DNA of 62,300 bases, the filler included, from Thermodesulfobacteriota bacterium (GTDB lineage Bacteria; DASVDK01), in NCBI GenBank assembly GCA_036381125.1. It is 7 parts of 7 records of this genome, joined end to end, with 100 filler letters (N's around TTAATTAATTAA, not from the genome) between each part and the next. Parts side by side here need not be neighbours in the genome. Positions count along the whole stretch, not along the records: positions 26,399 to 40,943 come from DASVDK010000015.1; 6 more parts are not named here. The stretch is one strand, 5' to 3'. Under the pieces are notes generated by a model that was not told the DNA's origin, made no database searches, and worked only from the letters and a program-made list of their open reading frames with translations. Both the position numbers and the translations under genes were made by a program. Shown one piece after another: positions 30,976 to 41,043 of the stretch (positions within the stretch are counted from its first letter, which is position 1; each line of letters starts with the position of its first letter).

Positions 30976-32613
30976 ATGCTCCTGCCCGACACCGACTACA
31001 CCCGCCTCTGCTCGCGCTTCCGCTGGACGATCCCCGAGCGGTTGAACATGGGGACGGCCGTGTCCGACGTCCACGCGGACGGTACGGGCCGCCTCGCGCT
31101 GATCTACGAGGACCCGGCCGGCCGCGTCGAGCGCTACACGTTCGACGATCTCTCGCGCCTCTCGAGCCGCGTCGCCAACGTCCTCGCCGCCCTCGGCGTC
31201 CGCAAGGGGGACCGGGTCGCGATCCTCCTCCCCCAGCGCCCCGAGACCGCGATCGCCCACATCGCCACCTACAAGGCCGGCGCGGTGGCGGTCCCGCTCT
31301 TCACGCAGTTCGGTCCGGACGCGCTCGAGTACCGGCTCGGGCACGCGCAGGCGAAGGTCCTCGTCACCGACGCCGAGGACCTTCCCAAGGTCGAGGAGAT
31401 CCGCGGCCGGCTGCCCGACCTCGAGCACGTGCTGGTGGTGGACGACGAAACGGGCGGCCACGCGTCGCTCCCGGCGCTCGTGGCGCGCGCAGCCGATCGG
31501 TTCGCCGCCGTCGACACCCTGGCGGAGGACCCGGCCCTCATCGTCTACACGTCGGGCACGACCGGCCCGCCGAAGGGGGCCCTGCACGCGCACCGGACGC
31601 TCCTCGGGCACATTCCGGGCGTCCAGATGCCGCAGGCGTTCTTCCCGCAGCCGGGCGACCGCTTCTGGACGCCGGCCGACTGGGCCTGGATCGGCGGCCT
31701 CCTCGACGCGCTCCTGCCGAGCCTCTACTTCGGCGTGCCGGTGGTGGCCCACCGGGCGAGGAAGTTCGACCCCGAGCGGGCGTTCCATCTCATGGCCGTG
31801 CACGGCATCCGCAACGCCTTCATGCCCCCGACGGCGCTCAAGCTCATGCGCCAGGTCGAGCGCCCCTCGGCCCGCTACGGGTATGCGATGCGCTCGATCG
31901 GCAGCGGCGGCGAGTCGCTCGGCGAGGAGGTCCTCGAGTGGGCCCGAGGGACCTTCGGCATCGACGTGAACGAGTTCTACGGGCAGACGGAGGCCAACCT
32001 CGTCGTCTCGAACTGCAGCGGGCTCTTCCCCGTCCGCCCCGGCTCGATGGGCCGCCCCGTGCCGGGGCACACCGTCGAGGTGGTGTCGCCCGAGGGGACG
32101 CCGCTTGCGCCCGGCGAGACCGGCGTCATCGCCGTGCGTCGGCCCGACCCGGTGATGTTCCTCGGCTACTGGCGCGACCCGGAGGCCACCGCCCGGAAGT
32201 TCGCGGGCGACTTCTGCCTCACCGGCGACCGCGGCAGCCGCGACGCCGACGGGTACCTCACGTACCGGGGGCGCGAGGACGACGTGATCAAGAGCGGCGC
32301 GTACCGGATCGGTCCGGCGGAGATCGAGGACGGCATCATGCGGCACCCGGCGGTCGCCATGGTCGCGGTCGTGGGGAGCCCGGACCCGGTGCGGGGCGAG
32401 GTGGTCAAGGCGTTCGTCGTCCGGCGTCCCGGCCCACCCCCGGACGACCAGTTGGCGGCCGAGATCACCGCGCTCGTCCGGGAGCGGCTCGCGCCCTACC
32501 AGTGCCCGCGCGAGGTCGAGTTCGTCGAGAGCCTCCCGATGACGGCCACGGGGAAGATCCGGCGGCGCGAGCTGCGTGAGGCCGAGCGTCGCCGGAAGGG
32601 CCTCGCCCCGTAG
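30976..32613 (+). CDS. Acyl-CoA synthetase (AMP-forming)
   Basis: YTSGTTGPPKG, YGQTE, TGD, GREDDVIKSGAYRIGPAEIE and TATGKIRR. Confidence 0.93.
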   Translation: MLLPDTDYTRLCSRFRWTIPERLNMGTAVSDVHADGTGRLALIYEDPAGRVERYTFDDLSRLSSRVANVLAALGVRKGDRVAILLPQRPETAIAHIATYKAGAVAVPLFTQFGPDALEYRLGHAQAKVLVTDAEDLPKVEEIRGRLPDLEHVLVVDDETGGHASLPALVARAADRFAAVDTLAEDPALIVYTSGTTGPPKGALHAHRTLLGHIPGVQMPQAFFPQPGDRFWTPADWAWIGGLLDALLPSLYFGVPVVAHRARKFDPERAFHLMAVHGIRNAFMPPTALKLMRQVERPSARYGYAMRSIGSGGESLGEEVLEWARGTFGIDVNEFYGQTEANLVVSNCSGLFPVRPGSMGRPVPGHTVEVVSPEGTPLAPGETGVIAVRRPDPVMFLGYWRDPEATARKFAGDFCLTGDRGSRDADGYLTYRGREDDVIKSGAYRIGPAEIEDGIMRHPAVAMVAVVGSPDPVRGEVVKAFVVRRPGPPPDDQLAAEITALVRERLAPYQCPREVEFVESLPMTATGKIRRRELREAERRRKGLAP

Positions 32614-32790
32614 CCGGCGCCGCTGTCGCCGAGGCCCGTTCCGGGTACCCGCCGCCCGCAGAGAACCTCCGGCGCGGCCGCGGGCGCGTCGTCGACCCCT
32701 ACCTCGCCTGGCGGGGGCGCGGGCTACCGGTCGAGACGCCGGCCGCCCGGCGCTGAACCGCCGCCTCGCCCCGCAATCCTCTCCCCGGCG

Positions 32791-32806
32791 CGGCACGCGC
32801 CTCGCA
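32791..32806 (+). promoter_or_regulatory. Candidate sigma54 promoter
   Basis: CGGCACGCGCCTCGCA (GGCACG core, GG-N10-GC), about 80 bp upstream of the PRC-barrel gene (RBS AAGGAGG). Confidence 0.5.
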
Positions 32807-32888
32807 GGGTTCGCTCCCGTTCGCTTCCCGACGGCTCGACCCCGACGGCTCGAGACGTCGCGAACGAAGGCCAAAGGAGGTCGAGACC

Positions 32889-33326
32889 GTGGACCGCATG
32901 CACCATACCGGACTGAGCCCGCTGTCCGAGCTCGACGAGTACGAGTTCGCGGAGGGGAGCCCGGACATCCGGGGCTGGGTCGTCATCGACGAGAACGGGC
33001 GGGAGATCGGCGAGGTGGACGACCTTCTGATCGACACGACGAACCACGAGGCCCTCTACGCGGTCGTGGACATGGACGACGGCGAGGACGCGGAAGTTCC
33101 GCTGGCGCTCGTCACCATCGATCTCGACGAGGAGACGGTCCACCTCGCCGAGCCGCTCGCCACAGAGGCGGATCGGGTGGGGGCCGCCTTCGAGACGCCC
33201 GCGGCCGCCGAGTTCGCCGATACCGCCGTGGTGACCGACCGGGGCGGCGAGGAGGACGTCGGCGAGAACCGCGCGAGGGGCTCGGAGGACCCCGGCCCCG
33301 AGACCGGCTCCCCGCGCAAGCGGTAA
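32889..33326 (+). CDS. PRC-barrel domain protein
   Basis: PDIRGWVVIDENGREIGEVDDLLID motif and a strong RBS. Confidence 0.85.
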   Translation: MDRMHHTGLSPLSELDEYEFAEGSPDIRGWVVIDENGREIGEVDDLLIDTTNHEALYAVVDMDDGEDAEVPLALVTIDLDEETVHLAEPLATEADRVGAAFETPAAAEFADTAVVTDRGGEEDVGENRARGSEDPGPETGSPRKR

Positions 33327-33351
33327 GCCCCGGCCGGCGGTGCGGGCCGCT

Positions 33352-34146
33352 TCAGGGCACGCCCTGCGCGTCGCCGTCGACCGAGAGCGCCTGGCCCGAG
33401 ACGTTGCGCGCGCCGGGGGTGCAGAGGAAGAGCGCCATGGCGGCGACGTCCTCGGCGGTGACGAACCGGCGGAGCGACGCCCTGGCGGCGTAGAGGCGCC
33501 TGACCTCGTCGGGGGTCTTGCCGAGAGCCTGCGCCTTTGCCGCGATCACCCGGTCGATGCGCGGACCCTCGACCGGCCCCGGCAGGATGGCGTTGACGCG
33601 GATCCCGAAGGGGCCGAGCTCCATCGAGATGCTCTTCGTGAAGCCGACGACCGCCCACTTGGAGGCGGCGTAGGGCGTGCGCATCGGGTAGCCGAACCGC
33701 CCGGCGGCCGACGAGAGGTTCACGATCACCGCCTCCCCGTGCTCGGCCGCCGCCGCCTTGAGGAGCGGGACGGCGCACCGCGTCGCGTAGAACATCCCGT
33801 TCAGGTTCACGTCGATCGTGCGGACCCAGTCCGCGGGGTCCACCTGCTCGACGGGCGCCGTGGGCCCGCCGATCCCGGCGTTGTTGACGAGCACGTCGAG
33901 CCCGCCGAGGGCGGCCTGCGCCTCGTCGAACCACCGCTCCACCTGCGCCCGATCGGCCACGTCGGCCAGCGTGCCGCCGACGCCGCGCTCGGCGCGCAGG
34001 CACCCGGCCAGCGCCTCCCGATCGGCGTCGCAGACGTGGACGGCCGCGCCGGCCGCGACGAAGCGCTCGACCATGACCCGCCCGATCCCTGCCGCCGCAC
34101 CGCTGATCATGACCCGGAGCCCGGGCCGGATCGCCCAAGCCGCCAT
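33352..34146 (-). CDS. SDR family oxidoreductase
   Basis: SGAAAGIG, NNAGI, YAASK and IRVNAILPG. ATG at 34146 after GGAGG. Confidence 0.92.
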   Translation of the reverse strand: MAAWAIRPGLRVMISGAAAGIGRVMVERFVAAGAAVHVCDADREALAGCLRAERGVGGTLADVADRAQVERWFDEAQAALGGLDVLVNNAGIGGPTAPVEQVDPADWVRTIDVNLNGMFYATRCAVPLLKAAAAEHGEAVIVNLSSAAGRFGYPMRTPYAASKWAVVGFTKSISMELGPFGIRVNAILPGPVEGPRIDRVIAAKAQALGKTPDEVRRLYAARASLRRFVTAEDVAAMALFLCTPGARNVSGQALSVDGDAQGVP

Positions 34147-34262
34147 CGCACACCTCCCATCGGGAGCATCATAAGCCACGGCCCGGCCACGGTCGCCATC
34201 CATGACCGCGCGCCTCGTGCTATCGTGGGCCGCCGCACGGGCACCGAACAGGGGAGGCACCG

Positions 34263-34739
34263 ATGGACTTCCGCACGGCGGACCTGATCGACGCGCACGG
34301 CGATCGCCTCGCGAGCTGCGAGCTGTCCTTCCGCCAGTTCGGCGGCCGGCGCCGGTTCGCCGGCGAGATCCGCACCGTCAAGTGCTACGAGGACAACGTC
34401 GTCATGAGGCGCATGCTCGAGGGGCCCGGGGAGGGCCGCGTCCTCGTCGTCGACGGCGCCGGCTCGCTCAGGTGCGCGCTCGTCGGCGACGTCATCGCAG
34501 GCATCGCCGAGGCCAGCGGGTGGGCGGGGCTCGTCATCCACGGCGCCGTACGGGACGTCGAGGCGCTCGCCCGCCTGCCGATCGGCATCAAGGCCCTCGG
34601 GTCGAACCCGCGCAAGAGCGGCAAGGCGGGAGTGGGCGTGGCCGACGTGCCGGTCGCCTTCGGCGGCGTCGTCTTCCGCCCCGGCGCCTGGCTCTACAGC
34701 GACGAGGACGGCATCCTCGTCGCCCCCGAGCGCCTCTAG
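34263..34739 (+). CDS. rraA: RraA family protein (RNase E inhibitor / HMG aldolase-like)
   Basis: [28 protein letters not shown] and DEDGILV. Confidence 0.9.
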   Translation: MDFRTADLIDAHGDRLASCELSFRQFGGRRRFAGEIRTVKCYEDNVVMRRMLEGPGEGRVLVVDGAGSLRCALVGDVIAGIAEASGWAGLVIHGAVRDVEALARLPIGIKALGSNPRKSGKAGVGVADVPVAFGGVVFRPGAWLYSDEDGILVAPERL

Positions 34740-34744
34740 CCTGT

Positions 34745-34884
34745 CGGGTCGGGCCCCCACGTTCTCCTGGTTGGAAAATGGAAAGACCTGACCCCCTGGA
34801 AACCCCTCGGGGTCAGGTCTCAACGTTTTCCATGGGGTCAGGTCTCAACGTTTTCCAGATTGGAAAATGGAAAGACCTGACCCC
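34745..34884. repeat. REP-like cluster C: mixed direct and inverted 23-bp units
   Basis: GGAAAATGGAAAGACCTGACCCC at 34773-34795 and 34862-34884. Partner arm GGGGTCAGGTCTCAACGTTTTCC at 34809-34831 and 34834-34856, degenerate at 34745-34767. Arms are separated by 5-nt loops. Confidence 0.9.
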
Positions 34885-34894
34885 AGGCTCGGGC

Positions 34895-35812
34895 TCACGA
34901 TGTGCGGCGGGCGCTCCAGGTCTGGCCCGAGCCGCCGGCTGCGCCGCTCTGTGCGGCACCGCTCTGCGAGCCGCCCGCCCCGCCGGGGGGCAGGCCGGCG
35001 ATCCGCGATCCGTCCACATGACCCTCGAGCGTGAGATCGAGCGGCTGCGGCGCGGACCGGTCGCGCAGAACGAGGGTGATCCGGTCGCCCGTCAGCCTCC
35101 CCTCGACCGGCACCTTGCGGCCGTCGATCGTGGCCGTGCCGTTCACCTTCTGGAACTCCTGGTCGAGTTCCAGCCGGGCGGGGCCCGACCCGGACCCGGT
35201 CCCGGACGGCAGCGTGAGGTCCCACGCCCCCTCGACCTTTGCCGGGATGACCCAGTAGTAGATGGTGCCGCGCGCCCCCTCGGTCACCTCGACGACGCGG
35301 TCCGGCTCCCAGTCGTCCATGTCGAAGCTGTGGGACACGATGCGCGTCCCGGGGCGGAGCTGGTCGAGCAGCTTCGGCCTGAGCTGGAGGTTCACGCTCG
35401 AGAGGAGGTACATGGTGACGATGGTGGCGTCGCTGAAGTCGGCCTCGAAGAGGTCCTGCTGGACGAAGCGCGTGAGGTGGGTCACTCCGGCCTGCTCGGC
35501 GTTGCGCTTGCCGTCCTCCACGCGCGCCGGGTCGATGTCGATCCCGACGCCGCGGGTGCCGTAGCGGGCGGCGGCGGTGACGACGATGCGGCCGTCGCCG
35601 GAGCCGAGGTCGTAGAGCAGATCGTTCGGCGTAGGCGCGGCGAGCTCGAGCATGCGGTCGACGATCGGTTGCGGCGTCTGGACGTACGGGACGTCCAGCT
35701 CGACGTCCTTCTCGGTGGCGGTCGCCTGCCGGCCGTTGACGAGCGCGCAGGCCGACAGTGCGGCGAGCAACGCCGCGACGGCGAACGCGCTCCTTACCGG
35801 GGTCGGTCCCAT
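34895..35812 (-). CDS. Lipoprotein SAM-dependent methyltransferase (FAM173/aKMT-like) with C-terminal beta domain
   Basis: ATG at 35812 after GAGGAGG. Lipobox LSA-C, LDVPYVQTP, motif I DLGSGDGRIV, YLL and LRPGTRIVSHSF. Confidence 0.85.
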   Translation of the reverse strand: MGPTPVRSAFAVAALLAALSACALVNGRQATATEKDVELDVPYVQTPQPIVDRMLELAAPTPNDLLYDLGSGDGRIVVTAAARYGTRGVGIDIDPARVEDGKRNAEQAGVTHLTRFVQQDLFEADFSDATIVTMYLLSSVNLQLRPKLLDQLRPGTRIVSHSFDMDDWEPDRVVEVTEGARGTIYYWVIPAKVEGAWDLTLPSGTGSGSGPARLELDQEFQKVNGTATIDGRKVPVEGRLTGDRITLVLRDRSAPQPLDLTLEGHVDGSRIAGLPPGGAGGSQSGAAQSGAAGGSGQTWSARRTS

Positions 35813-35845
35813 GGCTACCTCCTCGTTCGACATGGTGGTTCGGAT

Positions 35846-37165
35846 TCAGGCGGACGGCTGTGTCCGGGCGGCCGGGCGCGATGCGGCCAGGAGCGGCAAC
35901 CCGACCAGCATGACCGCGACGCCGAGCCAGGCGCCGGCGCCGGCGTAGCGCAGGCTCGAATAGAGCATGAACGCCGACGTGGCGCAGAACGCGAGCGGGA
36001 CGAAAGGGTAGAGCGGCACGCGGTACGGCCGGGGCGCGGAGGGATCGCGGCGCCGCATGACGATCAGCGAGACGCCCGTCAAGAGGAAGAAGAACCAGAA
36101 GACGGGGGCCGTGTAGGCCACCATGGCCTCGAAGCCGCCGCGCGCCACCGTGCCGAAGCCGACCAGCAGGAGCGCAAGCCCGCCCTGCACGACGAGCGCG
36201 TTCACGGGCGCCTCGCGCCCCGGCGTCCAGTCCCCGAGCGGGCGGAAGACCGCGAAGTCGCGGCCGAGCGCGTAGCCGCTGCGCGCGCCGGTGATGATGG
36301 CCGCGTTCGCGGAGGAGGCCGCGGAGAGCGCGACGATGAGGCTGAGCGCCACGGCGCCCTGGACGCCGCCGGCGCCCCGCATGAGGTCGGCCGCGACCAC
36401 GCTCGACGCCATGACGCCCTCGAACCCGAGGCCGCGCAGGTAGGCGAGGTTCACGAGGAGGTAGAGGAGCGTGATGAGGCCGATGCCCCACACGAGGGCG
36501 CGGCTCATGCTCCCCCGGCCCTTGAGCTCGGCCGAGACGTACGCGGTCTCGTTCCAGCCGCCGAACGTCAACAGGACGAAGACCATCGCGAGCCCGAGGG
36601 CGCCCGACCCCGCGCCGGCGGAGGGCGCGCGGGGCGCCGCGGTCGGCTCGGCGAGGAAGAAGCCGACGGCGATGACGAGCAGGAGCCCCAGCACCTCGAT
36701 CAGGGTCAGCAGGTTCTGCGCGCGGCGTCCGTAGCCGAGCCCGGCGACGTTGAGCCCGGTCAGCGCGACGACCGCGGCGGCCGCGAGCGCGGGGGACCCC
36801 TGCTCGCCCCACGGCAGGAGCGGGGCGAGGTAGTCGCCGAAGACGAACGCGAGGAGCGCGATCGAGCCGGTCTGGATCACGGCCATGCGTGACCAGCCGA
36901 AGAGGAAGCCCACCCCCCGCCCGAAGGCGCGCGTGAGGAAGTGGTAGTCCCCGCCCGCGTCCGGGTAGGTCGTCGCCAGCTCCGCGTAGCAGAGCGCGCC
37001 CACGAGCGACACGAGACCGCCGATCAGCCAGGCGGCGACGAAGAGCGAGCCGTCGCCGGTGTGTTCGGCCACGAGCTGGGGGGACCGGAAGATGCCGACG
37101 CCGACGACCAGGCCCACCATCAGGGCGACGGCGTCGAGCGTCGTCAGGATCGGTCTCGGTGGCAT
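35846..37165 (-). CDS. APC family amino-acid permease
   Basis: VGVGIF, ALCYAELATTYPDAGGDY, FGGWNE and RPYRVPLYP, with about 12 TM segments. Confidence 0.92.
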   Translation of the reverse strand: MPPRPILTTLDAVALMVGLVVGVGIFRSPQLVAEHTGDGSLFVAAWLIGGLVSLVGALCYAELATTYPDAGGDYHFLTRAFGRGVGFLFGWSRMAVIQTGSIALLAFVFGDYLAPLLPWGEQGSPALAAAAVVALTGLNVAGLGYGRRAQNLLTLIEVLGLLLVIAVGFFLAEPTAAPRAPSAGAGSGALGLAMVFVLLTFGGWNETAYVSAELKGRGSMSRALVWGIGLITLLYLLVNLAYLRGLGFEGVMASSVVAADLMRGAGGVQGAVALSLIVALSAASSANAAIITGARSGYALGRDFAVFRPLGDWTPGREAPVNALVVQGGLALLLVGFGTVARGGFEAMVAYTAPVFWFFFLLTGVSLIVMRRRDPSAPRPYRVPLYPFVPLAFCATSAFMLYSSLRYAGAGAWLGVAVMLVGLPLLAASRPAARTQPSA

Positions 37166-37212
37166 ACGGCACCTTTCGCCGATCGGCGGCCCGAGGGGGT
37201 CGCCGCGCGTCC

Positions 37213-37228
37213 TGCGGGAGGCATGCCC
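37213..37228 (-). promoter_or_regulatory. Weak candidate sigma54 promoter of the permease-methyltransferase operon
   Basis: Minus strand GGGCATGCCTCCCGCA (GG-N10-GC), about 50 bp upstream of ATG 37165. Confidence 0.3.
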
Positions 37229-37397
37229 AAAGACGGCGAGACCTGCCGGCCCCCGCCGCCCGGGCCGCCCGCCGTGCCGGAGGTCACGGCCACGAGGGCG
37301 CGTCGGCCCGGGTGAGGCCCGAACGCCCCGAGCAGGGGCCCGGTTTGCAGCAGCCGGCCGACCGGGTAGACTACGGGCTCTCCTCGGGAGCCGACGT

Positions 37398-38579
37398 ATG
37401 CCTCTATCCGGTCAGGGCGAGCGTCACCCGCGCGGCCTCGCGCGCCCCGGCGTGCAGGCGCTCAGGGCCTCGCTCATTCGAGAGGTTGCCAACGCGGGCG
37501 CCGGCCGCGCGGACGTGATCCCCCTCTGGTTCGGCGAGCCGGACCAGCCGACGCCCGACTTCATCACGAACGCGGCCGCGGCCGCCCTGGCCGAGGGGCG
37601 TACGTTCTACGCGCCGAACCTCGGCATCCCGGAGCTGCGCGAGGCCCTCGCCGGCTACCTGACCCGGCTGCACCGCCCGGTCGCGGCCGAGCGGATCTGC
37701 GTGACCGCGTCCGGCATGAACGCGCTCATGCTGGTCATGGAGTGCCTGATCGACCCCGGCGACCGCGTCGTGGCCGCCACCCCCACCTGGCCGAACTGTC
37801 TCGAGGTCGTGCACGTCATGGGGGGCCGGACCGACACCCTCGCGCTCGAACTCGCCGGGACCGAGTGGCGCATCGACCTCGACCGGTTCCTCGGGATGAT
37901 CGACGCCGACACCCGGGCGGTCCTGGTCAACTCCCCCAACAACCCGACCGGCTTCACCATGACGCGGGAGGCGCAGGCGGCGCTGCTCGCCCGCTGCCGC
38001 CGCCTCGGCGTGTGGCTCGTCGCGGACGAGGTGTACGACCGCATCTACTACGACGGCACGTCGGCGCCGTCGTTCCTCGACATCGCGGAGCCCGACGACC
38101 GCGTGATCGTCGTCAACAGCTTCTCGAAGACCTGGGCCATGACCGGCTGGCGGCTCGGCTGGATCACCGCGCCGGCGCCCCTCATGGACGACCTCGCCAA
38201 GCTGAACGAGTTCAACGTGTCGAGCGCCGCCACGTTCGCGCAGCACGCCGGGGTGGTCGCGGTGCGCGAGGGGGAGCCCTTCGTGGCGGCGACGCTCGAG
38301 CGCTACCGGCGGGCGCGCGACCTCGTCTACGAGCGGCTCGGCGCCTTTGCCCGGGTCCAGGCGACGCGGCCGGCGGGCGCGTTCTACGCCTTCTTCCGCG
38401 TCGACGGCGTGACCGACAGCCTGGCCTTCGCGAAGCGGCTCCTCGCGGAGACCGGCGTGGGGCTCGCCCCGGGCGTCGCGTTCGGCCCGACGGGGGAGGG
38501 GCACCTGCGCCTCTGCTTCGCCAGCTCCCTCGAGCGGCTCGAGGCCGCGCTCGACCGCGCGGCCCCGGCGCTTCGGTGA
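37398..38579 (+). CDS. PLP-dependent aminotransferase class I/II
   Basis: GEPD, NSPNNPTG, ADEVY and SFSKTWAMTGWRLG (PLP lysine). Confidence 0.92.
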   Translation: MPLSGQGERHPRGLARPGVQALRASLIREVANAGAGRADVIPLWFGEPDQPTPDFITNAAAAALAEGRTFYAPNLGIPELREALAGYLTRLHRPVAAERICVTASGMNALMLVMECLIDPGDRVVAATPTWPNCLEVVHVMGGRTDTLALELAGTEWRIDLDRFLGMIDADTRAVLVNSPNNPTGFTMTREAQAALLARCRRLGVWLVADEVYDRIYYDGTSAPSFLDIAEPDDRVIVVNSFSKTWAMTGWRLGWITAPAPLMDDLAKLNEFNVSSAATFAQHAGVVAVREGEPFVAATLERYRRARDLVYERLGAFARVQATRPAGAFYAFFRVDGVTDSLAFAKRLLAETGVGLAPGVAFGPTGEGHLRLCFASSLERLEAALDRAAPALR

Positions 38580-38627
38580 CGCGGTACACTGATCGATCGT
38601 CCGACAACCGGGAGGAGACCCCCAATC

Positions 38628-40031
38628 ATGCCCGAGACGCTCCTCGACAAGGTCTGGCGCGCGCACACGGTCCGCACGCTGCCGTCGGGGCAGACCCAGC
38701 TCTTCATCGGGCTGCACCTCGTGCACGAGGTGACGAGCCCCCAGGCGTTCCAGATGCTCAGGGACGCCGGCCTCACGGTCCGCATGCCGTCGCGCACCTT
38801 CGCCACGGCCGACCACATCGTCCCCACGGCCTCCCAGGCGCGGCCCTTCAAGGACCCGATGGCCGAGGAGATGATGGTCCACCTCACCCGCAACACGAAG
38901 GACTTCGGCGTCCCGTTCTTCGACCTGGCCAGCGGCCGTCAGGGGATCGTGCACGTCATCGGGCCCGAGCTCGGCCTCACGCAGCCGGGCATGACGATCG
39001 CCTGCGGCGACAGCCACACCTCCACCCACGGCGCGCTCGGCGCGCTGGCGTTCGGGATCGGCACCAGCCAGGTGCGCGACGTGCTGGCCACGCAGACGCT
39101 CGCCCTGGCGAAGCCGAAGCTCAGGCGGATCGAGGTGACCGGCGCGCTCGGCAAGGGCGTCTCGGCGAAGGACGTGATCCTCACGATCATCCAGCGCCTC
39201 GGCGTCAACGGCGGCGTCGGCTACGCCTACGAGTACGGCGGACCGGTCATCGACCGGATGACCATGGAGGAGCGCCTCACCGTCTGCAACATGAGCATCG
39301 AGGGGGCGGCCCGCATCGGCTACGTCAACCCCGACCGGACGACCTTCGAGTACCTGAAGGGCCGCCCGTACGCGCCGTCGGGCGCGGCGTGGGACCGGGC
39401 CGTGGCCTGGTGGACCAGCCTCGCCTCGGAGCCCGGCGCCCGGTACGACGACGTGTGGCAGCTCGCGGGCGAGTCGATCGTGCCGGTCGTCACCTGGGGG
39501 ATCAACCCGGGGCAGTCGATCGGCGTCGACGGGCGGATCCCCGACCCGGCCTCCGCGAAAACCGACCTCGAGCGGCAGGCCCTGGAGGAGGCGATCGACT
39601 TCATGTCGTTCAAGCCGGGACAGCCGATCGCCGGCACGAAGATCGACGTGGCCTTCATCGGCTCCTGCACCAACGGCCGCCTCTCCGACCTGCGCGCCGC
39701 CGCGCAGATCGCGAAGGGCCGGAAGGTGGCGCGCGGGGTGCGCGCCCTCGTGGTGCCCGGCTCGCAGCAGGTCGCGAGGGCGGCCGAGGCCGAGGGGCTC
39801 CACGAGGTCTTCCGCGAGGCCGGCTTCGAGTGGCGCGGCGCCGGCTGCTCCATGTGCCTCGGCATGAACGAGGACCAGCTCCGGGGGCGCGAGATCTCCG
39901 CGTCCTCGAGCAACCGCAACTTCAAGGGCCGGCAGGGCAGCCCCACGGGGCGCACGCTCCTCATGAGCCCGCAGATGGTGGCCGCGGCCGCCGTTGCCGG
40001 CGCCGTGGTCGACGTGAGGGAGATGCTCTAG
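38628..40031 (+). CDS. leuC: 3-isopropylmalate dehydratase large subunit
   Basis: [41 protein letters not shown] and [10 protein letters not shown]. Confidence 0.97.
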   Translation: MPETLLDKVWRAHTVRTLPSGQTQLFIGLHLVHEVTSPQAFQMLRDAGLTVRMPSRTFATADHIVPTASQARPFKDPMAEEMMVHLTRNTKDFGVPFFDLASGRQGIVHVIGPELGLTQPGMTIACGDSHTSTHGALGALAFGIGTSQVRDVLATQTLALAKPKLRRIEVTGALGKGVSAKDVILTIIQRLGVNGGVGYAYEYGGPVIDRMTMEERLTVCNMSIEGAARIGYVNPDRTTFEYLKGRPYAPSGAAWDRAVAWWTSLASEPGARYDDVWQLAGESIVPVVTWGINPGQSIGVDGRIPDPASAKTDLERQALEEAIDFMSFKPGQPIAGTKIDVAFIGSCTNGRLSDLRAAAQIAKGRKVARGVRALVVPGSQQVARAAEAEGLHEVFREAGFEWRGAGCSMCLGMNEDQLRGREISASSSNRNFKGRQGSPTGRTLLMSPQMVAAAAVAGAVVDVREML

Positions 40032-40631
40032 ATGGGCGACAACGCCTACGTCCGCAAGCAGATCGCCGGCCGCTTCCTCCCGCTGCCCGGCAACGACATC
40101 GACACCGACCGGATCATCCCGGCGCGCTACCTCAAGGTCGTCACCTTCGCCGGCATCGGCGAGCACGTGTTCGAGGACGACCGCGAGCAGAACCGGCACC
40201 ACCCGTTCGACGACCCGCGCTTCCAGGGTGCGAGCATCCTGGTCGTCGGCCTCAACTTCGGCTGCGGCTCCTCGCGCGAGCACGCCCCCCAGGCGCTCAA
40301 GGGGTGGGGGATCCGGGCGATCGTCGGCGGCTCCTTTGCCGAGATCTTCTTCGGCAACTGCATCAGCCTCGGCATCCCGTGCCTCACGGCCGACATGGCC
40401 GACATCGAGTGGCTCATGGCCGAGGCGGCCAGGAGCCCGAAGACCGAGGGGGTGGTGGACGTCGAGGCGAGGCTCGTCCGCTTCGGCGAGCGGACGATCA
40501 CGGCCGGCATCCCCGACGGCGCCCGCAGCCAGCTCGTCGAGGGCACCTGGGACGCGACCGGGGTGCTGCTCCAGGCGGGCGACCAGATCGAGCGGGTCGG
40601 CTCCAGCCTGCCGTACGTCAGGGGGTTCTGA
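40032..40631 (+). CDS. leuD: 3-isopropylmalate dehydratase small subunit
   Basis: DIDTDRIIPARYL, NFGCGSSREHAPQAL and SFAEIFFGN. Confidence 0.97.
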   Translation: MGDNAYVRKQIAGRFLPLPGNDIDTDRIIPARYLKVVTFAGIGEHVFEDDREQNRHHPFDDPRFQGASILVVGLNFGCGSSREHAPQALKGWGIRAIVGGSFAEIFFGNCISLGIPCLTADMADIEWLMAEAARSPKTEGVVDVEARLVRFGERTITAGIPDGARSQLVEGTWDATGVLLQAGDQIERVGSSLPYVRGF

Positions 40632-40753
40632 ATCGGCGGTCACGGCCTGGCCGGCCTCGACCGTCATGATGCCCGCGCCTTCATGAGCGGCGTGGCGTCG
40701 CCGGTTGCCTTCGCCGCCTTCGCGAGGGCGTGTCGCGTCCGGTGACCCGGTCG

Positions 40754-40943
40754 TCAGCGGACCATCGGATCGCGTGCGGCCACCGCGGCCAGGTCGACGA
40801 GGGGAACGCGCGACCCGAACCGCGCGTTCAACGCCCCGATGAAGGCGTTGGCGAGGATCGCCTGCCCGGTGGCGCTCGGGTGGAACCCGTCCGGCGCGAA
40901 GAGGCCGCCGTCCGCGCGCGCCGTGAGGAGCCGGCCCCGCACG
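40754..40943 (-). CDS. C-terminal fragment of an SGNH/GDSL hydrolase (5' truncated)
   Basis: GLFAPDGFHPSATGQAILAN matches the block V DxxHP motif. Confidence 0.7.
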
Positions 40944-41043
40944 NNNNNNNNNNNNNNNNNNNNNNNNNNNNNNNNNNNNNNNNNNNNTTAATTAATTAAN
41001 NNNNNNNNNNNNNNNNNNNNNNNNNNNNNNNNNNNNNNNNNNN
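40944..41043. other. Artificial contig linker
   Basis: N-run with central TTAATTAATTAA. Confidence 0.99.
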
